Source: an uncultured Nitrososphaerota archaeon (lineage in GTDB: Archaea; Thermoproteota; Nitrososphaeria; Nitrososphaerales; Gagatemarchaeaceae). Taken from it: a DNA stretch of 64,000 nt. Below the pieces are notes generated by a model. It was not told the DNA's origin and did not search any database. It saw nothing but the letters and a program-made list of their open reading frames with translations. Shown one piece after another: positions 39,312-47,468 of this stretch (position 1 is its first letter; the number at the start of each line of letters is the position of its first letter). The translations under genes and the position numbers were made by a program. Location of the stretch: contig OY969807.1 in assembly GCA_963703285.1 (NCBI GenBank), positions 96,001-160,000 of the forward strand, read 5' to 3'.

Positions 39312-39827
39312 ATGGGAAAGATGATAAAATTACCCCTAATGAATAGGAGCATAAGGCTGGTCTATTTGATTCTATTCTCGCTGATACTCGTCGGGTCCGT
39401 GGGCGCCTACGCCGCCTCCGTGACTATTAACACGACCAACAACGCTGGCTATCAGGGCAACTACGTCGTCGACAACGGGTACTTCCTCGCGTCGGCGGTA
39501 ACCTATGACGTGGTTCAGGGAGCTCAGAGCGCCTCGACGGCGCCGTTGAGCTGGACCGCAAGCGGCCAGACTGCCTACGTGAACGCCCTCGTGGCTGGCG
39601 ACTGGGAGATTCAATGGACGATGACGCTCCAGACCGGGGCAACGGCCTCCCACACTTACACGATAACCTTCGCGACGACCGCTGCGACTGGGGTGGCCAG
39701 CACCCTGTACACCTTCGAGTTCACGACTCCCGCGACGATCACCAACGGCTGGACCATGACGATACTCTACGATACGGGCCAGGTCACTTGGACGGCTCCT
39801 TCTGCGACCCAGGTCTCAATCGTATAG
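39312..39827 (+). CDS. Secreted beta-rich protein, paralog 1 (candidate fibre subunit)
   Basis: Signal ...LILVGSVGAYA|ASVTIN; closely similar to next gene. Confidence 0.75.
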   Translation: MGKMIKLPLMNRSIRLVYLILFSLILVGSVGAYAASVTINTTNNAGYQGNYVVDNGYFLASAVTYDVVQGAQSASTAPLSWTASGQTAYVNALVAGDWEIQWTMTLQTGATASHTYTITFATTAATGVASTLYTFEFTTPATITNGWTMTILYDTGQVTWTAPSATQVSIV

Positions 39828-39846
39828 GGATGGATTGGTGGGAAGA

Positions 39847-40359
39847 ATGAGCGATCACTTCGTCAGGTTGCCGCTGGTCAACCGGAGCATAAGGCTGGTC
39901 TACCTGCTCCTCTTCTCGATAATACTCATCGGTTCCGTCGGCGCTTACGCCGCATCCGTCACAATAAACCCAAGCATCAACGCAGGGTACCAAGGTGAGT
40001 ACGTCGTCGATAACGGATACTACCTCGCCTCCGCCATAAGCTACAACGTCGTCGAGGCTGCGCAAGCAGCGTCGGCCTCCGGGTTGGCTTGGTCAAACGG
40101 TGGCACTATGTATGTGAATGCCCTCGTGGCTGGCGACTGGGAAGTAGCCTGGACGATAACCATCGAGGGCGGCTTAACCAGCCACGCGTACACAATCACT
40201 GTGACAAGCACCTCCGCTGCTGGCACGACGAGCACAGTGTACACTTTCATCTTCACGAGCCCGGCCACCATAACCACCGGGCAGACGATGACCGTCCTCT
40301 GGGACACGAGCGCGATTACGTGGACGGCCCCCGCGGCCATTCAAGTCACGGTCGCTTAG
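39847..40359 (+). CDS. Secreted beta-rich protein, paralog 2
   Basis: Shares NRSIRLVYL, GSVGAYAASVTIN, AGYQG.YVVDNGY, YVNALVAGDWE and WTAP with paralog 1. Confidence 0.75.
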   Translation: MSDHFVRLPLVNRSIRLVYLLLFSIILIGSVGAYAASVTINPSINAGYQGEYVVDNGYYLASAISYNVVEAAQAASASGLAWSNGGTMYVNALVAGDWEVAWTITIEGGLTSHAYTITVTSTSAAGTTSTVYTFIFTSPATITTGQTMTVLWDTSAITWTAPAAIQVTVA

Positions 40360-40379
40360 CGGGTGGGCTGAAGAGGAAC

Positions 40380-42266
40380 TTGGGGCGACTGCGAGTCAGG
40401 CACCTGCTCCCTCTCGGGATTGTTGCGGCCCTCATAGTCACGCTGAGCGCCACCAACGTGACGATTCTGAAGACGAGCGCGGCCGATGACGGAGGCGTCT
40501 TCCTCAGGCCGTACTACGAAAACCTCAACGCACCCGTGACCGGCTGTGCATCACCGTGCCTGGCAGTGGACACTCAGGGCACCGAGCCAGCAGCGGCAGG
40601 CGGCACACTCTCCCTAGATAGCCACGGGATTGGCGGCAACAACCCATCTCCCTCCACCGTAAGCGTCTCGACTACTGACACCAACGACGTAATCGTGGTC
40701 ATGGTGATGTGCAACCCGGGGGTTACAGCCATGTCAATAAGCGGCGGCGGTTTGGTCTGGAACACCCGTCTCGGGGTGAAGACTATCGGTTCGAGAACTG
40801 GTGCAGAGTTTTGGGCATTCTCTGCTGCCGCGATCTCGACTCCTGTCACGGTCTCGATAACCTACACAAGCGGCAGCGCTTGCAATCCAGCATACTTGGC
40901 TATCAATGGAGCCAACACGAACAGCCCCTTCGATTCCAACGGCGCCCTGCCCGCGGTGGCCAACGCCAACACTCCAGCAACGTGTACGGTGAGCACCTCG
41001 AACGCGGACGATATGCTCTTCGGATACATGATGCAGGGAGGCGCTCCCACGTCATACGGAGTACCGACGGGGTGGATAGGACCCTTGAACACATTTCCTG
41101 ACGCCGCGCACTGGGATGCCTACGACATCGCCAGTTCGACGGTCTCGTCTCAATCCGAGACCTGGACCGCCCCAAACACCAGCTCTCCCAACATCTCCGG
41201 CTTCTGCGACGCAGTCCGGGGCGAGAACTCGTTCACGCTCGCCGCTGGGTCGAGCATGTACCTCTGGTCGCCGCAGTTCTCATCTGCGACCTCAATCCCA
41301 GCAGGAAGCCTCTCCTTGCAGGTCTTCGCCGACGCTCCTGCACCGGCTCTCGACGGCAGCGCGACGGGGACCTGGACGTCTGGCTCGACCTTCACCATCC
41401 CGTCCTTGACCACGACGAAGACAAACGACGTGGTTGTCCTCTCCATCGACACTTACTCCTCGGGCTCGTCGGTGACCGTCTCGTCGATCACCGACTCCCT
41501 GGGGAAGATAGCGTGGCAGGGGTCGGCCCGCAGCTCCTTCATCGCCTGCTCCGGGGTCAACGAGATAACCGTCGCCGAATGGTACGGGATTGCCGCAACC
41601 GCGGTCTCTTCGGATACGGTGTCTGTCCACCTCGCCTCAGCCCCCACCGGGGCATCGGGGATAGCGTTTGGTGTCTCAGGAGCCGACACGACCACGCCAT
41701 TCGACTCGTCTTCGGGCCTACCCAAGACGGCGACCGCGTGCTCAGGCACCGCGGCCGACCCGACTGTCTCCGCAGTGTCGACTTTGGCAGACAACGACTT
41801 CGTCTTCTCGCTCTTCGGAGGCTACACCTCGACGACGGAGACGGCCGGGAGCATTGGTGTGTGGGCGGCCTCCTCCGGGAGCCCTGTGACTGGGACGGGG
41901 TACTCCAACGCAGTGCAATACGCTAAGGTGCCCAACTCTCAGGCCTCGGACTCGTGCACTTTCGGGACGGCCACGACCTACTGGGGCGTCCTCTGCGACG
42001 CTCTCGTGCCGGCGAGGCAGTCGATAGGCGTCTCGTACTACACGACCAACTCGGCGGGCGCGGTCCAATCCACGATGGCTAGCGACTCGGCAGCAACCCT
42101 CACCTCGCTCTACCAGCCGGCATCGATCTCCTCCTCCGCGGGAGCCGTACCTGCGTCCGGATACGTCGAGGTCGTGATCACCGCACCATCGACGGCCGCG
42201 TTGACCATCATCTGGGGAGCCCCCAAGCCAACCCTGTTCGAGGTAAGCTACACCTACAGAGCGTGA
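40380..42266 (+). CDS. Large secreted protein with two internal ~200 aa repeats
   Basis: N-terminal hydrophobic helix; duplicated TNDV(I/V)V...PFDS..LP...CDA units; start uncertain. Confidence 0.7.
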   Translation: MGRLRVRHLLPLGIVAALIVTLSATNVTILKTSAADDGGVFLRPYYENLNAPVTGCASPCLAVDTQGTEPAAAGGTLSLDSHGIGGNNPSPSTVSVSTTDTNDVIVVMVMCNPGVTAMSISGGGLVWNTRLGVKTIGSRTGAEFWAFSAAAISTPVTVSITYTSGSACNPAYLAINGANTNSPFDSNGALPAVANANTPATCTVSTSNADDMLFGYMMQGGAPTSYGVPTGWIGPLNTFPDAAHWDAYDIASSTVSSQSETWTAPNTSSPNISGFCDAVRGENSFTLAAGSSMYLWSPQFSSATSIPAGSLSLQVFADAPAPALDGSATGTWTSGSTFTIPSLTTTKTNDVVVLSIDTYSSGSSVTVSSITDSLGKIAWQGSARSSFIACSGVNEITVAEWYGIAATAVSSDTVSVHLASAPTGASGIAFGVSGADTTTPFDSSSGLPKTATACSGTAADPTVSAVSTLADNDFVFSLFGGYTSTTETAGSIGVWAASSGSPVTGTGYSNAVQYAKVPNSQASDSCTFGTATTYWGVLCDALVPARQSIGVSYYTTNSAGAVQSTMASDSAATLTSLYQPASISSSAGAVPASGYVEVVITAPSTAALTIIWGAPKPTLFEVSYTYRA

Positions 42267-42270
42267 GAAG

Positions 42271-43116
42271 ATGTCCACAACCAGAAACCGGTTCAAGCTC
42301 TCCACGGGGCGCATCGGGCTCATCGTTGGCTTCTCGGTCCTGGTCTTCTTGCTGAGCCTCCCCCTCGTCGCGGGGACCAAGACGTACCCTGTGGCCGTCG
42401 TCCAGGGGAACAGCATGTATCCCAAGCTCCAGAACGGCGAGCTCGTCTTCTTCGAAGCCCAGCACGGACCCATCCAGAATGGCACGATTATAGTCTTCGT
42501 CCAGAGCGGCACCGGCGTCCCCGGCCTCGACGCCTTCCTCAAGCCCATCGTGATTCACAGGGTCGTATCGGTGGGCCAGGAGCCGAACGGTATGGCCGAT
42601 TATCAGACGAAGGGAGACAACAACCTAGCAAACGACCCGTTTGTCACCGATGCCAACCAGGTCCTAGGCGTGCCTGCCATCGAGATCCCCTACCTCGGTC
42701 TCCCTATACTCTTCCTCCAGACGCCCTACGGGCTCGTCGCGGCCACGGCACTCCTCTGCCTGTTCTTCCTCTCAGGAGTTGACACAAGACTGGACAAGGA
42801 GGAGGAGAGGAAACGCCTCGTGGCGGTCTTCGCAAGATACTCGCTCAACGGAAGGATCTCGCCGTCCCAGTTCGAGAGGCTGAAACTGGCCGTGGAGTAT
42901 TACGAGGACATCCCCGTCGACCTTCTGAGCGATCCCACGATGCTATCGGTGGTCGACTGGCTGAAGGAGAGGGGGCTCGAGACCGGATGGAAGGAGGAGC
43001 AAGTGCCTTGCCCCACGTGCGGCGCTTCGGCGTTCAGGATTGTCAGCGGGTCCAAGTTCTTCCTCATCTGTCCGTCGTGCAGCGAATGGAGACCGCCACC
43101 CAGACAGAACGCGTGA
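42271..43116 (+). CDS. Signal peptidase I (SipW-like) with C-terminal Zn-ribbon
   Basis: GNSMYP, VIHRV, TKGDNN..D; CPTC and CPSC at C-terminus. Confidence 0.85.
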   Translation: MSTTRNRFKLSTGRIGLIVGFSVLVFLLSLPLVAGTKTYPVAVVQGNSMYPKLQNGELVFFEAQHGPIQNGTIIVFVQSGTGVPGLDAFLKPIVIHRVVSVGQEPNGMADYQTKGDNNLANDPFVTDANQVLGVPAIEIPYLGLPILFLQTPYGLVAATALLCLFFLSGVDTRLDKEEERKRLVAVFARYSLNGRISPSQFERLKLAVEYYEDIPVDLLSDPTMLSVVDWLKERGLETGWKEEQVPCPTCGASAFRIVSGSKFFLICPSCSEWRPPPRQNA

Positions 43117-43151
43117 CGAGTTTTGCACCCATCACGATTGCGGCCGCCGGC

Positions 43152-43535
43152 CTACTTCCTGAAGAGCTCTATCCAGTTGCCGTCCGGGTCCTCCAGGTAG
43201 GCTTGCCACCCTTCAGTGCTCTCAGGGGTGACTTCGGTCCCTTTTGCTCCCTTTGACAAGAGCTCCGAGTAGGCCGTTGAGACGTCCTCGACCAGGAATC
43301 CGATGTGGTCGAGCCCCTCGCCCGGTGAGTAGGGTGTGGCGAACCTAGAGCCCACATGGTACCAGTTCAGCTCGAGCTGTTGTCCGCTCGCAGGGTCCCG
43401 CAGCACGATCCAGCGGCCCCTTCCGTGCTCCGTCATGTCCCCCCTCATGACCTCCTGCAGCCCGAGTGCGGTGGTGTAGAACTTGAGCGAGGCCTCGAGG
43501 TCGGTCACTCTTATCCCGAAGTACTCCATCTTCAT
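43152..43535 (-). CDS. VOC/glyoxalase family protein
   Basis: VTDLEASLKFY, LELNW, DHIGF, DPDGNWIEL. Confidence 0.9.
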   Translation of the reverse strand: MKMEYFGIRVTDLEASLKFYTTALGLQEVMRGDMTEHGRGRWIVLRDPASGQQLELNWYHVGSRFATPYSPGEGLDHIGFLVEDVSTAYSELLSKGAKGTEVTPESTEGWQAYLEDPDGNWIELFRK

Positions 43536-43565
43536 GCTCGGGATCTCTGCGGCCTTTGAGATAAG

Positions 43566-43928
43566 CTATGCCACGCCCCGGGTCCGCCTCAGGTAAAGAG
43601 GAACCAACACCACCAGGCAGACCTGCATCGCAGACCCCGCCGCGAATATGAAGAACGCGCCGACCTGACCGCTTTCAGCGAACGCGTAGTGCTCAGGCTG
43701 GGGCAGGGAGACGGCGAGGACGATGAGCGCTAGCGTGGCGACGGCGAAGTATCCGCTTCTGTGCCCGAGCACGACGGCTAGGGCAGCCGCAGCGTAGGCG
43801 ACCTCTCCGACCGCTATGCCTGCGAGCAGCCACGAAGGGACGAGCGCGCTCGCGGCATAGACGAACAGAAGCCCCAGCGCCACCGACGCGTAGACCAGCG
43901 AGTCTATCGCCCTCTTCAGACCGCCCAT
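43566..43928 (-). CDS. Hypothetical four-TM protein
   Basis: Hydrophobic ORF filling the gap between neighbours. Confidence 0.6.
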   Translation of the reverse strand: MGGLKRAIDSLVYASVALGLLFVYAASALVPSWLLAGIAVGEVAYAAAALAVVLGHRSGYFAVATLALIVLAVSLPQPEHYAFAESGQVGAFFIFAAGSAMQVCLVVLVPLYLRRTRGVA

Positions 43929-44006
43929 CCCGTCCCCGAGCCTATGGCCGGGATTAGCATGATAAATACCAGGCATCGATTTCTAAGCTTCGGAGACGGT
44001 CGGCGC

Positions 44007-44291
44007 ATGAGCTCGGGTCGCAAAACCATCAAGATCGTCGTGAAGGGTCGGGTCCAGGGCGTGTCTTTCAGGGCCTCTCTCCACGAGAGGGCGGTGCGTC
44101 TTAGGGTGGACGGCTGGGTCCGCAACAGACCAGACGGGTCCGTAGAAGCCCTCCTCCAGGGTGATGTTGAGAGCGTCAGGAGGGTGGTCGAGTGGGCCAG
44201 GGTAGGTCCCCCGATGGCGGAGGTCTCCGCTGTCGCCGAGGAGGCGCTCGAGCAATACCCGCACCAGATCGGTTTTCGGGTCATTGCTTAA
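44007..44291 (+). CDS. acyP: Acylphosphatase
   Basis: GRVQGVSFR, GWVRN..DGSVE, GPP.A. Confidence 0.92.
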   Translation: MSSGRKTIKIVVKGRVQGVSFRASLHERAVRLRVDGWVRNRPDGSVEALLQGDVESVRRVVEWARVGPPMAEVSAVAEEALEQYPHQIGFRVIA

Positions 44292-44332
44292 CCCTGAAAG
44301 GATAAAATCTGCTGTCGCGAGGCCACCCGAAC

Positions 44333-45343
44333 GTGAAGAAGGTCGCTCTGATCGAGGGTGACGGCACTGGGCCCGAACTCGTCGAGGCGATGATGATCGT
44401 CCTGAAAGCAAGCGGCGCCGACGCGGAGTTCATTCGCTGCGAGGCGGGCGCGGAGTGGTGGGGGAGGAACAAGGGGCCGAGCTTCGTCCCCGACGAAACC
44501 TGGAAGGTCCTGGAGGAGGCCGACTGCTGCTTCAAGGGGCCGACGACCACGCTCTCCATCCCGGGCACGCCGAGGTCTGTTGCGATCAGCATCCGCCAGA
44601 GGTTCAATCTCTACGCGAACGTCAGGCCGATCAAGACGTTCCCGGGGCACCCCGGCCCCCTCGGCCCGGTCGACTTCGTCTGCGTCCGAGAAGGGACGGA
44701 GGGACTCTACTCCGGTATCGAATACAAGCTGAACGAGGACGTGGCGGCCGCGGTCAGGGTCATCAGCCGCGACAAGTCGACGAAGGTCGCTCGCTTCGCG
44801 TTCGAGGAGTCGAGGAGGAGGGGCTGGACGAAGCTCGCCGCCATAAACAAGGCAAACATCCTGAAGGTCACCGATGGCCTCTTCCTGGAATCGGTGCACG
44901 AGGTCGGCAAGGCCTACCCGGAGGTCGCGATTGAAGACCTCTTCATCGACAACTTCTCCCAGCAGCTCATCAAGAACCCGCAGAGGTTCGATCAGACAGT
45001 CGTCGTGGGCACGAACCTCTTCATGGACATAGTCTCCGAGGAGGCCGCCGGCCTAGTGGGGTCCATCGCGCTGATCTACTCGGCGAACATAGGAGACCAC
45101 TACGCGATGTTCGAGCCCGCACACGGGAGCGCCCCGAAGTACAAGGGGCTCAACAAAGTCAACCCATCGGCGACGATTCTCTCGGCCGCCTGGATGCTCG
45201 AATACCTGGGGCAGGGCAGCGCGGGGAAGGCGATTGTGGAGGCGACTACCAAGGTCCTCGCTGAACGGGAGCACGTCACCTATGACCTCGGGGGGACCGC
45301 GGGGACGAGGGAGATGGCGCAGGCGATTGCCGCGCACCTTTGA
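44333..45343 (+). CDS. Isocitrate/isopropylmalate dehydrogenase family
   Basis: GDGTGPE, YANVRP, REGTEGLY, KANI, FEPAHGSAP, TYDLGG. Confidence 0.92.
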   Translation: MKKVALIEGDGTGPELVEAMMIVLKASGADAEFIRCEAGAEWWGRNKGPSFVPDETWKVLEEADCCFKGPTTTLSIPGTPRSVAISIRQRFNLYANVRPIKTFPGHPGPLGPVDFVCVREGTEGLYSGIEYKLNEDVAAAVRVISRDKSTKVARFAFEESRRRGWTKLAAINKANILKVTDGLFLESVHEVGKAYPEVAIEDLFIDNFSQQLIKNPQRFDQTVVVGTNLFMDIVSEEAAGLVGSIALIYSANIGDHYAMFEPAHGSAPKYKGLNKVNPSATILSAAWMLEYLGQGSAGKAIVEATTKVLAEREHVTYDLGGTAGTREMAQAIAAHL

Positions 45344-45676
45344 GCTGGGTTCTGTTAAGTTGATGGGCCGTCCTTCGGACTCTGGGCGCTGTAAACCTTC
45401 GGGCCACGACTGGTGTTCTGAATGACGATTAGGTCTGTGGGTGAATGGAATTCTGCGTGTGGCTAGCAAGGCGCCTACGCCCAAGCCGACGGGTATCAGC
45501 CATATCGCATTCATCCACGCTACTTGTCCGCACGCTGTGCTACATATTCCCTGACACGGTGGAAGTGGTGTCAATGTGCCGCAGTAGACCTGTATCCCAG
45601 CCACTGCCAGGATTAGTTCTATTGCAGCAAATGGTGCAAATCCGACCAGAAAGTTCTGAACGGTGACGTGGTTCAT
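45053..45676 (-). CDS. Cargo ORF: two-TM protein with Cys-rich loop, reads out through the TIR
   Basis: TM-CGTLTPLPPCQGICSTACG-TM in first ~75 aa; GRPINLTEP is the TIR; remainder is antisense to the dehydrogenase gene. Confidence 0.5.
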   Translation of the reverse strand: MNHVTVQNFLVGFAPFAAIELILAVAGIQVYCGTLTPLPPCQGICSTACGQVAWMNAIWLIPVGLGVGALLATRRIPFTHRPNRHSEHQSWPEGLQRPESEGRPINLTEPSSKVRGNRLRHLPRPRGPPEVIGDVLPFSEDLGSRLHNRLPRAALPQVFEHPGGRENRRRWVDFVEPLVLRGAPVCGLEHRVVVSYVRRVDQRDGPH

Positions 45677-45848
45677 CTTGCTTCAGTGTCCTGAGTTGAC
45701 TGGAAGGATATAGACGTGCTGTCACGAACGCGTCTTGAAGAATCAGCCTCATGGCCCGTCAACTTAACAAAGCCCATGAAAGCGACTTATGGCCCGACCC
45801 TTAACAGGCCCAAAATCCTCAGGTGTGGCCCATCAAGTTAACAGAGCC
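45348..45848. mobile_element. Non-autonomous TIR element with cargo ORF
   Basis: 22-bp TIRs GGTTCTGTTAAGTTGATGGGCC / GGCCCATCAAGTTAACAGAGCC (20/22); TGAGCTG(G) directly repeated on both flanks; lower GC. Confidence 0.85.
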
Positions 45849-45891
45849 TGAGCTGGGAACGCTTATCTAACTGGAGACGACCGGTGACTTC

Positions 45892-46524
45892 ATGTCTCTT
45901 CTGGTCAAGATAGACGCCGAGATCGAGAAACAGAGCCTGCTCAAGCACCCGTTCTACAGGATGTGGTCCGAGGGCAAACTGACTCGGGAGAGCCTCGCCG
46001 GCTACTCCATGGAGTACTTCCAGCTGGTCAAGGTCGTCCCGAGGCTCGTCTCGAACGTGGCCTCCCTGGCCGGACCGTCCCGCGCCGGCCCCATGATGGA
46101 GAACATGGAGGAAGAGCTCACGCACATCGAACCGTGGGTGAGGTTCGCAGGTTCACTGGGAGTGACCAGGCGCAGGCTCGACGGGTATCGCGGCGCTCCC
46201 GCGACCCTCAGATCTGTCCGGGCGCTGGAAGGGTTGACCTCCTCGGCATTCGAGGAAGGGGCCGCAGCGATGTACGCCTACGAGAAGCAGCTCCCCGAGA
46301 TAAGCCGCTCCAAGATAGAAGGGCTGAGGAAGTTCTACGGAATGGAGGGTGGTGACGCGACGAGATACTTCGAGCTCCACGAAGAGGCCGACGTAAGGCA
46401 CGCCGCGGTCTGGAGAGCGTTCATAGCGAGGCCAAAGTCCGAGGACAGGGTCATGAAGGCTGTGGATGATTCCCTGGGTGCGCAGAACGCGCTCCTAGAC
46501 TCTGTCATGGCAAACCACTGCTGA
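45892..46524 (+). CDS. CADD/CT610-like (TenA/PqqC fold) putative pABA synthase
   Basis: LLKHPFY..WSEG.L, EEELTH, YAYEKQLPEISRSKIEGL, YFELHEEADVRH; next to folate genes. Confidence 0.8.
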   Translation: MSLLVKIDAEIEKQSLLKHPFYRMWSEGKLTRESLAGYSMEYFQLVKVVPRLVSNVASLAGPSRAGPMMENMEEELTHIEPWVRFAGSLGVTRRRLDGYRGAPATLRSVRALEGLTSSAFEEGAAAMYAYEKQLPEISRSKIEGLRKFYGMEGGDATRYFELHEEADVRHAAVWRAFIARPKSEDRVMKAVDDSLGAQNALLDSVMANHC

Positions 46525-46593
46525 ATTCTTGGCTTGCCGACATCCAGGAGCCAACCTTAAGGCTGAGTCGTCCGGAGCTCGTCCGCGTCCTCG

Positions 46594-46962
46594 ATGACCG
46601 ACAGGATCTTCGTAGACAACGTCCGTGTCAGTTGCCAGGTGGGCATTACTCCCGAGGAGAGACGCCAGTCGCAGGACGTCATCGTCGACGTGAGCCTGTT
46701 CCTGAGCCTCGCACGCGCGGGAGGGAGCGACGACGTGGACGACACGGTAAACTACAAGGATGTCATGGATCGCGTCACCTCGGTCGTCTCTGGAGGGGAG
46801 TTCACCCTGCTCGAGACCGTCGCCGACGGCGTGGCCCGGGCGGTCTTGGAGGCGTTTCCAGTCGAGAGGGTCGTAGTCAGGGTCCGCAAGGCGAAGTACT
46901 CCCTCGAGCCATCCATCGGCGTCGAGATCGACCGGAGCAGAGAGACGTGGTCGAGTCGATAG
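46594..46962 (+). CDS. folB: Dihydroneopterin aldolase
   Basis: GITPEER...Q, DDVDDTVNY, LLETVA, VRK. Confidence 0.9.
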   Translation: MTDRIFVDNVRVSCQVGITPEERRQSQDVIVDVSLFLSLARAGGSDDVDDTVNYKDVMDRVTSVVSGGEFTLLETVADGVARAVLEAFPVERVVVRVRKAKYSLEPSIGVEIDRSRETWSSR

Positions 46963-47468
46963 TGGCGCTCGGCTCGAACCTGGGGGACAGGGTGGGCAAC
47001 CTCAGGCGCGCCATCGAAGCGGTCGGCAAACTCGGGGAGGTCACTAGCGTCTCCCCGGTGTACGAGACGGAGCCGATGTATCGAGAGGACCAGGGCTGGT
47101 TCCTGAACTGCGTCATCTCGGTCGAGACGGCCCTCGGCCCCAGGGCTCTGCTGGACGCCCTCGAGGCCATAGAAGCGGAGATGGGGAGAAAGCGCGACTC
47201 GAGGTACGGCCCGCGCGTCGTGGACCTGGATATCCTCTTCTACGACGGCGCGGTTGTCTCTGAGCCTGGGCTGGAGATACCTCATCCGAAGATCTCTGAG
47301 AGACCGTTCGTCCTGGCCCCTCTGAAGGAGATACGTCCCGGATTCACCGACCCGGTCACTGGGAAGACCGTATCGCAGATGGCCGACTCTCTGAAGAGTG
47401 GAAAGAAGGTGGTCAGGAGGCCGGACCTGCTCTCGGACCTTGTCTCGTCAGCGCCTCGGCGACCCTGA
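46947..47468 (+). CDS. folK: 6-hydroxymethyl-7,8-dihydropterin pyrophosphokinase
   Basis: ALGSNLGDR, YETEP, FLN, GPRVVDLDIL, IPHP..ERPFVL; GTG start. Confidence 0.93.
   Translation: MVESIVALGSNLGDRVGNLRRAIEAVGKLGEVTSVSPVYETEPMYREDQGWFLNCVISVETALGPRALLDALEAIEAEMGRKRDSRYGPRVVDLDILFYDGAVVSEPGLEIPHPKISERPFVLAPLKEIRPGFTDPVTGKTVSQMADSLKSGKKVVRRPDLLSDLVSSAPRRP

Noticed and set aside
45751-45848. Three ~22-nt repeats with short spacers as a mini-CRISPR array
   Set aside because: Spacers are only ~13-16 nt, repeats are degenerate TIR copies, and no cas genes are present
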